DNA from: Macrostomum lignano | Taxonomy: Eukaryota | Direction of reading: 5' to 3' | Length of the DNA stretch: 64,000 nt | Assembly: GCA_002269645.1 (NCBI GenBank) | Contig: NIVC01001187.1 | Location: 1-64,000 of the forward strand | In this document: one piece after another, positions 1 through 11,300 of the stretch | Layout of the letters: the number at the start of each line of letters is the position of its first letter | How positions within the stretch are numbered: the first letter of the stretch is position 1 | Position numbers and translations under genes: made by a program | Notes under the pieces: generated by a model | What the model saw: the letters and a program-made list of their open reading frames with translations, nothing else | Databases searched by the model: none | What the model was told of the DNA's origin: nothing

Positions 1-246
1 GGTCACGAGTGCGGGAATGACATCTGCACGAGTGCGCGCTAGCGCACGAGTGCACGATGTCCTTCACGCACGAGTGAACGTGAAGGAATTCCATTGTCGG
101 ATGATTCATCGTGCAGGAATGCCACAAAACCGTGCAGGAATGCATTTCTGCGCCTAATGCTTTTTCAGTGAGATTTTACCATAGACATCCATTCCTGCAC
201 GCAAAAGAGTGCAAGAATGCCATTCTTGCATGGAAAATCAGCCGAC

Positions 247-499
247 AATGCTCAATCAGCGATTTTATGAAATTAAACTGCGTAGAAATAGATATGCGTA
301 CCAACTACTAATCCGGTGAAGAAACATAAGTAGCCATAGACTATTACTCAAATGTTACTGACTTAATAAGTTAGGCGGTCTTGTGCTGCACATTTGAGTA
401 AATAGTCTATGGCTACTTATGTTTCTTCACCGGATTAGTAGTTTGTACGCATATCTATTTCTACGCAGTTTAATTACATAAAATCGCTCATTGAGCATT
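247..499. repeat. Foldback inverted repeat: ~110-bp arms (247-355 / 390-499) with a 34-nt loop
   Basis: Left arm aatgctcaatcagcgattttatg...ctattactcaaatgt is the reverse complement of acatttgagtaaatag...cgctcattgagcatt, with only about 4 differences. No clear TSD. Confidence 0.85.
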
Positions 500-599
500 C
501 TGGGTGTGTAACACTGGTACTGACATTCCTTCACATTTCCTGGTGTAACTCCTAACCGAAACCAGATAGAAAGGAAATTCAAATGACAAGTTTTTTCGT

Positions 600-699
600 T
601 GAAAAATTATCTTTAGTTTGACACATAAACCATAAAAATTGGTCAAGGTACTGAGGAGCTGGGGCAAAGATTCCGGGAACTTTTGGGACGCCCCTCGTA
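600..699. mobile_element. Isolated Tc1/mariner-type right terminus
   Basis: cttttgggacgcccctcg|TA (679-699) reads TA|cgaggggcgtcccaaaag on the other strand, closely matching the TIR ends of the elements at 21104 and 26732. No partner end is seen. The inner boundary is approximate. Confidence 0.45.
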
Positions 700-1856
700 T
701 AATTTGAATTCATGCCGTCTGATCCTATAGACAGCTACCGGTAAATAATTTAGAAAAATGGCCACGTATCTCCTACTTGATACATAGAGTCAGACGCGTC
801 TATTACCAAATTTCACTGGATGTCTCTGTGGAAGTAGTCAAGCCTTCTTTAAACATAGCTTTTTGTTTATCTCTGTTAAAGCTTGAATACGTGGGGACTG
901 GAATACAATCCACACAGGTTGAAGCGTGCAACCAGAGCTGCAAGCCGTCTACTTATTTCGACTTTGGGAACACTGCCTCGAGAAGGGTATCTCTGTTTTG
1001 AAAGGCGAGCTCAAATTGTGGAAGTCTGGCATACGAATAAGCAGTTTTGCGTTGATGAAACAGCTGCAGGCAAACCCAATGATGACTTAAAGAGTCGTCC
1101 TTGGGCAAACCATGCATGAACATTGAACAGGTACATGAAAACTGAAAGACGCTTAAATCGTGACAATGTCGCGAGACTGCAAGTTGGCGAGACTGCAATT
1201 GGCGAGACTGCAAGTTTTCAGTTTTTTACTAAATTCCCAACATCTCACTGCCTAGCCGCACTTCCGAAGTCCAAATCAAGCAAGTGTGTGAATCGTTTCG
1301 ATTGAGGTGAACTCAAAAGTTAGTTGAAAGTTTGAAAAAGCAAGATTATTCGAGAACTGCAACGCTCAAACTACAGATGTGCTTTCTAAACGGATTTTGC
1401 TAAGATTTGTCTTTTGCATTGCGCTGAATGGGGGGTTCGCCATAGACATTGTTTGTCGAGAAATCTGTCTAATTGCCGGTCTCCGGAAGCATTTCCGGCA
1501 AAGGGTCCTAAAGCGTCCGGTAAAGCGTGACAAATTACTAAGAAGATTGAAGCAGAGCAAGCAACTCGCCAAAATACGAGTACAAATCTGGAACGGCAGG
1601 TGAAAAAAGTTTGAAGTATAACGAGCACGTTAGCTGCTGCTTACGGGCGTATTTTCCGCTAAACCGGTCAAACAAGACTCCCAGACGTGAACAAAGCAGG
1701 TTTTCCATTGAGGGAAATTCCATTCCAGCAGAGACGCTTCTTTTAAAGTTAATTTGCAAACCTTTGGCCGAAGTGGAATTGGGTTTCGGAAAAGCTTTTA
1801 GAAAGCTGTCACGTGCAGTAAACCAGTGTGGTCAACGTGCCGCGAGCTAAGCAGAC

Positions 1857-1863
1857 TATTTAA
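1857..1863 (+). promoter_or_regulatory. TATA-like box upstream of the secreted repeat-protein gene
   Basis: TATTTAA lies ~90 nt upstream of the ATG at 1952. Confidence 0.3.
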
Positions 1864-1951
1864 CCCTGACGACCAAGTAGAGTATTGGCATGGTTAGAGC
1901 TGCATCTTTTTCTATTTGCTTCTAGCTAGGATTCAAAAGAACTGCTTAGTA

Positions 1952-3307
1952 ATGGCGAAGAGACTAAGGCTGTATCTTCTAGTCCTTTGTCTGACTGCTG
2001 TAGCCTGCGGAACGGATCAAGCCTTCGGATATCCAGCCAGCAGTGAAGGAAAAGAATGGAGCATTCACGGAAGCAGCAGCGGTGGAGGCGGCAAGGAGTG
2101 GAGCAGTCACGGAAGCAGCAGCGGTGGAGGAGGAAAGGAGTGGAGCAGTCACGGAAGCAGCAGCAGTGGAGGCGGCAAGGAGTGGAGCCGTCACGGAAAC
2201 AGCAGCAGTGGAGGAGGAAAGGAGTGGAGCAGTCACGGAAGCAGCAGCGGTGGAGGCGGCAAGGAGTGGAGCAGTCACGGAAGCAGCAGCGGTGGAGGCG
2301 GTAAGGAGTGGAGCAGTCACGGAAGCAGCAGCGGTGGAGGCGGCAAGGAGTGGAGCAGTCACGGAAGCAGCAGCGGTGGAGGCGGCAAGGAGTGGAGCAG
2401 TCACGGAAGCAGCAGCGGTGGAGGCGGCAAGGAGTGGAGCCGTCACGGAAACAGCAGCAGTGGAGGAGGAAAGGAGTGGAGCAGTCACGGAAGCAGCAGC
2501 GGTGGAGGCGGCAAGGAGTGGAGCAGTCACGGAAGCAGCAGCGGTGGAGGCGGTAAGGAGTGGAGCAGTCACGGAAGCAGCAGCGGTGGAGGCGGCAAGG
2601 AGTGGAGCAGTCACGGAAGCAGCAGCGGTGGAGGCGGCAAGGAGTGGAGCAGTCACGGAAGCAGCAGCGGTGGAGGCGGCAAGGAGTGGAGCCGTCACGG
2701 AAGCAGCAGCGGTGGAGGCGGCAAGGAGTGGAGCAATCACGGAAACAGCAGCAGTGGAGGCGGCAAGGAGTGGAGCAATCACGGAAGCAGCAGCAGGGGA
2801 GGCGGCAAGGAGTGGAGCAGTCACGGAAGCAGCAGCAGGGGAGGCGGCAAGGAGTGGAGCAGTCACGGAAGCAGCAGCGGTGGAGGCGGCAAGGAGTGGA
2901 GCAGTCACGGAAGCAGCAGCGGTGGAGGCGGCAAGGAGTGGAGCAGTCACGGAAGCAGCAGCGGTGGAGGCGGCAAGGAGTGGAGCAGTCACGGAAGCAG
3001 CAGCGGTGGAGGCGGCAAGGAGTGGAGCCGTCACGGAAGCAGCAGCGGTGGAGGCGGCAAGGAGTGGAGCAATCACGGAAACAGCAGCAGTGGAGGCGGC
3101 AAGGAGTGGAGCAATCACGGAAACAGCAGCAGTGGAGGCGGCAAGGAGTGGAGCAGTCACGGAAGCAGCAGCAGTGGAGGCGGCAAGGAGTGGAGCAGTC
3201 ACGGAAGCAGCAGCGGTGGAGGCGGCAAGGAGTGGAGCAGTCACGGAAGCAGCAGCGGTGGAGGCGGCAAGGAGTGGAGCAAAGGTGGTTCCTGCGGTAT
3301 CTGCTGA
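1952..3307 (+). CDS. Intronless secreted Gly/Ser/His/Trp-rich tandem-repeat protein, 451 aa: signal peptide + 29 full 14-aa units (30 KEWS motifs) + C-terminal CGIC
   Basis: ATG at 1952 starts MAKRLRLYLLVLCLTAVACG (basic n-region, hydrophobic core, small-residue cleavage site). The unit is 42 bp with no indels. Variants GGC>GGA/GGT are synonymous in this frame but not in the other open plus frame. AATAAA at 3417. Confidence 0.85.
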   Translation: MAKRLRLYLLVLCLTAVACGTDQAFGYPASSEGKEWSIHGSSSGGGGKEWSSHGSSSGGGGKEWSSHGSSSSGGGKEWSRHGNSSSGGGKEWSSHGSSSGGGGKEWSSHGSSSGGGGKEWSSHGSSSGGGGKEWSSHGSSSGGGGKEWSSHGSSSGGGGKEWSRHGNSSSGGGKEWSSHGSSSGGGGKEWSSHGSSSGGGGKEWSSHGSSSGGGGKEWSSHGSSSGGGGKEWSSHGSSSGGGGKEWSRHGSSSGGGGKEWSNHGNSSSGGGKEWSNHGSSSRGGGKEWSSHGSSSRGGGKEWSSHGSSSGGGGKEWSSHGSSSGGGGKEWSSHGSSSGGGGKEWSSHGSSSGGGGKEWSRHGSSSGGGGKEWSNHGNSSSGGGKEWSNHGNSSSGGGKEWSSHGSSSSGGGKEWSSHGSSSGGGGKEWSSHGSSSGGGGKEWSKGGSCGIC

Positions 3308-3416
3308 TCTCTGATCCGTGGTGTCAGTTTTCCTTTGTCTTGTGCTTTTACTGCAGATTTAGACTACATTATTAATGTTAACAAATTTTAAGGTGAGCAC
3401 TGCTCATAACTTTAAC

Positions 3417-3422
3417 AATAAA
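3417..3422 (+). terminator. Polyadenylation signal AATAAA of the repeat-protein gene
   Basis: Canonical hexamer 110 nt after the stop, followed by a T-rich stretch. Confidence 0.5.
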
Positions 3423-3953
3423 CTTGGAATCGGTTATTTCGCATCAATTTTCGTTTTCGTAAAGTTCGTATTCTTTTTTTCGGCAAGTTAATTTCTGCCC
3501 AGCACTGGAAGTGGCTCATGCTTCCTGCAGATTTCTTTCTGTCAGCAATGCCTGCTACCTGCAGTATGATTAGGGCCCGTTATCTCTGCTGTGAAATTGC
3601 GAGTTGCCTCCTTTATTAAGCGGCAAGCAGGCAGTCCGAGGATATACAATTCGCTAAGCAAACAGCACTCAAAAAGTCTATTGTACTGCTCATGCACAGC
3701 TCATGTACGCGCTACGATGGTTGGACTGAGCTGTGCTCACAGGGAGAAGTGTTTACAGGGAGCTTTGATGCGCTGAGCCAATGAGAAAGCAAATGGCAGT
3801 TTTGGAGAGGAGAGACTTTATAGACCCCTGCACCGGCGCGCTGCTCACAAATGCTCTGAGCGCACTGAAACCTGCATAAGCCAACGACTCATATTTTGGA
3901 ATTCGGTCTCAAGTTTTAGCTGCCTAATAGCGCTGCGGCTGAAGAGGCTCCGG

Positions 3954-5432
3954 ATGAGAGTGGTCGATGAGGCGTCTGGCTGTGCGCTGCTGCCGCTGCT
4001 CATTCTGGCATCGATGGCCCTTCTCTGCCGTGAGTACGGAACCCTCATGGCCAATATACAGAGCTGCATGTTGCCGCTTTAATTCACCTGGATGAGGACT
4101 CGTTTTCATGATGCTCGCTGTGAAACAGTGCCTGCTATTCTAGACGTGGCTTCTCTCTTCCATCAAACTTCACACCGCCTCATCATCAGCCTCTCTGAAA
4201 TTCTGATGGGCTGATGAGGCTGAGCAGCTGAATTGCGGCAAGCTAAGTTTCAAAACAACTGCTCAAGCCTGTAGAGCAGTGCAAACACAGCTGCGGTTTT
4301 ATAGCGGGCGAATTAATTATTCAGGAATCGCCCACCTTCATACAACGGGCCATCCTCTGTCACGTGACAATGCGACCAAACCCCAGCCTCTGCTCAGCCA
4401 GGTATCCCCTTTAGCCATGTTTCTCGTTTCCTACTTTTCAACCTCTCTCCGGCCGAGCCCCCAGAAGCATTTCTACCCCTGTCTGCTTCAAGAACAGCAG
4501 TGGAGAGTGAGCGGAGGTCTGGGACTGTTTGCCGGCCTGCACATGCATATCTCGCGCTCTCCTCGCTGAATATTTATGCCTCCAGATGGGCAGACTGCTG
4601 ACGGCCTGACTTGCTACAAGTGCAGCAACTCCCGCGACCTCAGCGTCTGCCTTTCGCGCACTGAGACCTGCTCCGGCAGCGAGTCCTGCTACAAGGCAGA
4701 GACAGCCGGCTCAATGACAGGGGTGGTTGAGAAATATTCCATGGTGAGGATGCGATCAAATTTTGTGAAATCAACTCGCATCCCCGACTGCTTCTTGCTT
4801 CACTTGATCACTCCACCTACATGCAGTACCTGATCTCTCCATCACCTACAGTACCTGATAACTCCTCCACCTGTATACAATACCTGATCACTTCTCCACC
4901 TGATCACTCCTCCACCTGATCACTCCTCCACCTGATCACTCCTCCACCTGATCACTCCTCCACCTGATCACTCCTCAACCTGATCACTCCTCCACCTGAT
5001 CACTCCTCTACCTGATCACTCCTCCACCTGATCACTCCTCCACCTGATCACTCCTCCACCTGATCACTCCTCCACCTGATCACTCCTCCACCTGATCACT
5101 CCTCCGCCTACATACAGTACCTGATCACTCCTCCATCTATATACAATCCCTGAGCACTTCCTCACCTACCTGGTCACTCCAACAGCAGCACCATTATCTG
5201 TCTCAATCTCATTCGCCAAACTATGCAATCTCAGGGCTGCATGGACACCACCACGTGCGCCCGCCAGCCGCAGTCGACCGCTTGCGACCTCTGCGATAAC
5301 GCCGGGCAGACCTGCTACAGCTGCTGCCGGGACCGCAGCTATTGCAACAGCGGCACCAGGCCGGCGATCGACCTTCGCCAGGTGGTCGTCGCTCTGGCCA
5401 TCGCCTGCTGCCTGCCTGGACTCCGCGCCTGA
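3954..5432 (+). CDS. Ly6/uPAR (three-finger) GPI-anchored protein, 143 aa; exons 3954-4029, 4586-4743, 5235-5432
   Basis: Hydrophobic signal exon (LLPLLILASMALLC); LTCYKC start; CC-RDRSY-CN signature; hydrophobic C-terminal tail (VVVALAIACCL). GT-AG junctions are phase-compatible (1, 0). Confidence 0.85.
4883..5106. repeat. Intronic 16-bp minisatellite (cctgatcactcctcca)n in Ly6 intron 2
   Basis: Direct tandem copies seen. Confidence 0.95.
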
Positions 5433-5602
5433 TGCGCTATAGTATTCACTGCAAAGCTGTGCTTTTGCCCACCTACTCTTCGATTAGTATTCCAACTGCA
5501 AATTTTAACCACGTACTCGTATGTTTTCTGTAATATTGTACTTCTGTGAATGCTGCACCTGCGCCTCTGACACTTTTAGCTGTTAATGAATGCGCTCTCT
5601 GG

Positions 5603-6320
5603 GTGACGCTTTGGTTCCTGAGTGACGCTTTGGTTCCTGAGTGACGCTTTGGTTCCTGAGTGACGCTATGGTTCCTGAGTGACGCTTTGGTTCCTGAGTG
5701 ACGCTTTGGTTCCTGAGTGACGCTTTGGTTCCTGAGTGACGCTATGGTTCCTGAGTGACGCTTTGGTTCCTGAGTGGACGCTTTGGTTCCTGAGTGACGC
5801 TTTGGTTCCTAAGTGACGCTTTGGTTCCTAAGTGACACTTTGGTTCCTGAGTGACACTTTGGGTTCTGAGTGACGCTTTGGTTCCTGAGTGACACTTTGG
5901 GTTCTGAGTGACGCTTTGGTTCCTGAGTGACGCTTTGGTTCCTGAGTGACGCTTTGGTTCCTGAGTGACGCTTTGGTTCCTGAGTGACGCTTTGGGTTCT
6001 GAGTGACGCTTTGGTTCCTGAGTGACGCTTTGGTTCCTGAGGGACGCTTTGGTTCCTGAGTGACGCTTTGGTTCCTGAGTGACGCTTTGGTTCCTGAGCG
6101 ACGCTTTGGTTCCTGAGTGACGCTTTGGTTCCTGAGCGACGCTTTGGTTCCTGAGTGACGCTTTGGTTTCTGAGTGACGCTTTGGTTCCTGAGTGTCGCT
6201 TTGGTTCCTGAGTGACGCTTTGGTTCCTGAGTGACGCTTTGGTTCCTGAGTGACGCTTTGGTTCCTGAGTGACGCTTTGGTTCCTGAGTGACGCTTTGGT
6301 TCCTGAGTGACGCTTTGGTT
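5603..6320. repeat. 19-bp minisatellite (gagtgacgctttggttcct)n downstream of the Ly6 gene
   Basis: About 37 tandem copies with occasional point variants. Confidence 0.95.
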
Positions 6321-8312
6321 ACCGGGTGCCACTTTAGTCCCTGCAGTTCTAACTCATATCTGATACTCTGAGTACGAGCTATGTTCGTGAAATGCGATTC
6401 TGTACTTTTATTGAAAAGCAGCTTAATATGCAGTCCGTTTCGCTTTCTAAAAATAACACTGTAAGGAATTATCTCAGCGCGGTATGACTGCTCTATTGGG
6501 AAGCCTTTTTAATGAGCGCTTGACTCAAGTCTGCTCGCCGCACTCGGCACTCATCGTCGCGTTGTTGTTGCTTGCCTTTCTCGAGATGAGACCCGAGTTT
6601 AACATCGGCCTCGGCTTATAGCATAATTGAGCAAGAGAAGAACAGTATTAAAGCAGCGAGCCCAAGCGCCCACCTGTCAGCTCATTCATGCAGTTGCTCC
6701 GTGTGGACATCGCGCTTGTTCTTTCTTGCAGCGAAAGAAAATCTCGATTCTGAATGGCATCATTTGAGCTAGTGGAGCGACTGCGACCTTGGGCTCAACT
6801 TGGGTTTCATAAACTATTCAACCGCCTACAGTGCCGCTCCGCAAAGAGTTCGTGGCTGCCAAAGCCAACGGAACAATTGTGCGGCAAGAAACCAGATGCG
6901 CATTGCAATTATAACTCAATTACATACAACTAAAACAAATATACGCCTTAAGGGTCTTTTAGAAGGCAGCGTCGGAGGTTGCACGTTGCAGGTCGGAACT
7001 CTGGTTGAAACTCTACAACTCCGGTTTTTCAGTTTACAATTTTACAACACAGCTGCAGTCGGAGAAAGCAGCTGCATGCTTTTTGCGAAATTCTCTGGCA
7101 GCAACAAGCCATGCAGACTGGCAAGCGGAAAACTCGAGAACTAAAAAAGACACGCAGCTATAGTCTTGTCTTACTAGATAAAGAAGCTACAGCTTAGAGC
7201 AAACGCAGTGATAGAGGACAGCATGTGCTTGCAAAAGTGCACAGCCATTGGAAAGGCAATTTTAACTCGTCCACAGTGTGGCATTCTCCCACCGTGAGGA
7301 CTTCTATATACATCGTGTAATTATAAATACATGTATGAGTATGTGGCTTAAAGGGAGTTGCTGCATGGGCAACAATTCTCGAGTTGCACTCAATTTTAAT
7401 ATTCTCAAGGCCATGATTGCCTACTGAAAGTAAAAAAGAGCGCCATGCAGGAACATTAAAGAATGATCATTACTGATCGTACGTTTTGAATAGCATACAA
7501 TAAATGAATAAACAAATGCAGAAATGGATAGCAAATCCAGAAAAAAATCTGTTTTAGCATACTTGACTACAGCTGTTAGTGTGCATGCAATAAAGTTATG
7601 TACGCTAATTCGTCTTTGAAATGTATAATATCGAATAATTCGAGCAATCGCGCATGGTCAGCTTAAAGTAAACATGCAGGTAATCTGTGATATGCATGTT
7701 TCCTCTTTGTCCCTATATATGTTTTCACTGCCAGGCTGGAACAAAAAATGCTTTTTTACACTGTCAAGAGATTCCAACCACGAACCAATATTTTTAATCA
7801 TAATAATTTCTCATGCCAGACACTTTCGTTTTTTTCGTCTCTCCATTTATATTAAATAATTAATTAAGGCGTGTAAATTGGAGGGCTCAATTGATTTCGG
7901 CATTAAAGATCCTTTCGATAAACGACATAATTTTTTATAAAAACAATCATAATCGGTTTAACTTAGCAGTTTTGTTACAAGTACTGCAAGCTGGAACCTA
8001 AAGTTAAACACCGTTAATGACAAACGAATTAAACAAAAGTAATAAGTGCTAGCTTTATTATTTAATTTTTTCGTAAAAATATTCTTAAAAATTAAAGATA
8101 ATATTTATTAAATGTGATCATAGTTGTTTTAGTCCAGGTTTTTTGCGTTGCATATTTGTATTCCATAGAAATATGATTTCTTCAATTTAGCATCAATAGT
8201 AGCATAATTTTGACGTTCGTTAAATGAATGCATATTGAAATTCGTTAGTGTTAGCGTCAGGTCAAATATTTTTAGCTTAACACGGAGCTTTGTTCGTATT
8301 CCCGTACTGAAA

Positions 8313-11300
8313 ATGCTTCGACGCCAAGCAGCAAGGAGAGCAGGTAACCGTTTTTTACTTTTTTAGCTTTTTTGTTTTCTTAAACCTTCACACCTTATAT
8401 ATAACCTCTTTACGAGTTAATATATAAATAATATAAAATCTATAAACCTGAAACTTATTTTACTGGTAGGCATAGCATATCTACATGGATACATTGAAAC
8501 ATTTCCTTTTAATTATATTATTTATAGACTTTATCTATTTATTTCATGACTATTTAAGCTTAAGCATAAATTTACAGCAAAAAATGATACTTTCTCTGCT
8601 CGATTTTTCTTGCATTTTAAGCCAACATAGTGTACTTGTATAAGTCGAAATTTAAGTAACTTTTAGGAAAATTGAAATATTAATACACTATCTTTGCTAC
8701 AGGCTTTTGCAATATTCTAATGTTTTAATGCTTTTAATCTATTTGCATAACATTTTGGTCGTATTGATAAAAAATATTGAGCATTGCATGAACTTCTACC
8801 TAAAATGTACTTCAATCGAAAGAAGCATACAGTGAAGGACCGGATTTTAAATATAGAATAACTAAAACTGCTAATTGAGCACATACACCTATGTCCAGAA
8901 ACTTTTGTCATTAAATTACTTTTACTGTTAAAAATAATTAAACTAGTACGAGCGTAAATAACGTATTGTTTGTTTTAATTTGTCGGATCGCGCAGAAGAT
9001 GAGGCGGCGGAACCCGATGACTTGTTCGAGGAAGAGGACGAGGAAGAGGAGGAGGAGGAAGAAGATGACGAAGAGGAAGATGACGCGAGCTGGTGCCGTC
9101 ACCAGCGACAGAAGAAGCCGACGCCCGGCGAGAAGCCGGAGCCGGGGCTGATGCGCGTTGCCCTGGATCGCGGTGAGCGGAGCAGCGGCCAGGAGCAGCA
9201 GGCCATGCTGGAGGCGCTCAACATGTTCCTCATGCGCAACACCAACGCAAAGTACGAAGGCGAGAAGCTGCTGCGGGACGATGTCCAGGTGAGAAACTTG
9301 GGCTGAACGCCATTCAACTTGTTGGTTCATTTAAAAGAAAATGGCTTCAGATAAATCATCCCTTCAGGGATCGATCCCCATGATGAATAAGTCTTTGCGA
9401 ACACTTTATCGAATGCCCGCCTACGCTGCTCCGCAGGGGGCCGCCCGCTGGCGCCCGGTGCCCACGGCCAACTCGGTGCCGCCGCACGAGCTGATGGTGA
9501 CGCAGATCGACCAGACGCACGACCTGCTGCGCGTCTCCGGACTGGAGGTAGGCGCCGCCGAGCAGCAGAGCACCCAGGAGTGGCTGCAGAGGCACAGCGT
9601 GGAGGCCCTGCGCCTCACCGTGAAGGACCTCGTGCAGCTCGGCAAGCTGACCAAGCCGAAGCCGGACGCGGAGACCGGCAAGCCGATGCCGCACCTGCAG
9701 TTTGACGCGGCCGACGTCATCCAGTTCGAGTACCGGCTGCACCAAGCCGTGCAGGCTTACACCGAGCGCATCAAGTGGTGCCTCCGCGGCTCCAGGAAGC
9801 TGTTCGGCCTCGTCCAAGGCGAGCGGGTCGCCGTCTGCGTAGACTGCTCGGACGCCAACATGAGCTTCGGCCGGGCTGAGACACTCCAGCAGGCGCTGCT
9901 GCACCTCATCGACGAGCAGTTGTCCAGCAAGCAGTCTGTGTACATGATGTCCTTCGGTACGGAGTTGCAGCTGCTCTGGCCGAACGTCATGGACGTCAAC
10001 TGCAGAACTCTGGAGGAGGCCAAGATGTTCGCCATGACCAGACAGGTGAGGACAGGGGCTCGATTCCGAATTGCTCATTTAGAATGGAAAAATGCTGATC
10101 GAACAAGTTTTTAGGCCGTTTCCGAAGAATTCGTTGAGTACACCAACGAACTTGGATTCCGTCTCAGCATGCCTTGGATCTTAGTGCCTGTCTGGATGTG
10201 TCTTAGTGCCTGTCTGGATGTGTCTTAGTGCCTGTCTGGATGTGTCTTAGTGCCTGTCTGGATGTGTCTTAGTGCCTGTCTGGATGTGTCTTAGTGCCTG
10301 TCTTGATGTGTCCTAGAACTTGTCTGGATATGCCTTAGCACCTGTCTTGATGTGTCGTACTGCAAGTCTCATTGACAAGTCGTTGCTGAAAACACAGCAA
10401 GGGTTTTGCACAATTGATAAAAGTCGCTTCGTAATGAATAAACGGTTGAAAAAATGTCAAACGCTACCCAACAGCATTGTAAAACTTACTGCCAGTTTTT
10501 AAATAAGCACTGAGCTTTGACCCGAATTGACCTCGCCATCGCAGGCTGCCGGCGGTTGCAACCTGCTCAAGGCGCTGCGCCATCTCTCCAGACTCCGCGG
10601 CGTTGACTCCATTCTCATCGTCGTAGGCTCCACGCCGGATCAGCCGGCCGACATTCTCGAAGACTTCGCCCTCCAGCTGAGCGCCGGGCGCGACCTTCGG
10701 CTGCACACCGTGGCCTTCGACTGCGCCAGCCAGATCAGCAACTCCGGCCTGCGCCGCCTCGCCGAGGTCACCGGCGGCCGCTTCCACTGCTACTCGGCCA
10801 CCTCGGACGAGCTCATCTACGCTTCATCGGACATCAGCGGCCTGCTGCAGGAGATCGACACCACCCAGGAGGTGCTGAAGAAGATCGGCGAGATGCGGCA
10901 GGGGATGCTGGACAGCACCCTGGTCAGCATCATGAACGAGATCAGCATGGAGGTCGACAAGCTGCCGCAGTCCCGCTTCCTGCCCCGGCCGCCCGGCCAT
11001 GACGAGCCGCTGAAGGTGGAGCCGGCCAAGTTCCAGCCGGCCAGCAGCATCGACTGGCTGATGGAGAACGGGCTGAAGGCCAACAAGATGGACCTGTACC
11101 AGATCCTCGCGCCCAACGCCTACTCCTACTGCGAGGGCTTCGTCCCGATCATCCGCAAGACGGTGCAATCTCAGGTGCACGAGAAGGTCATGGCCCAGTT
11201 CCCCTGGCACGACGGCTCGGTGAAGAATGTACACGTGGACCTGGCGCAGCTGTTCGAGTACCAGAAGCAGCTGGGCCACCTGGTGAAGCTGTACGAGCAG

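Noticed and set aside
1379-1850. Short ORFs upstream of the repeat-protein gene
   Set aside because: No recognisable domain, codon bias or splice pattern.
1979-3375. Long alternative ORFs over the 42-bp repeat (AAAVEAARSGAVTE on plus, TAPLLAASTAAASV on minus, and QQRWRR fragments)
   Set aside because: They are by-products of a stop-free 42-bp period. Only the KEWS frame has a signal peptide and an ATG, and unit variants are synonymous in that frame.
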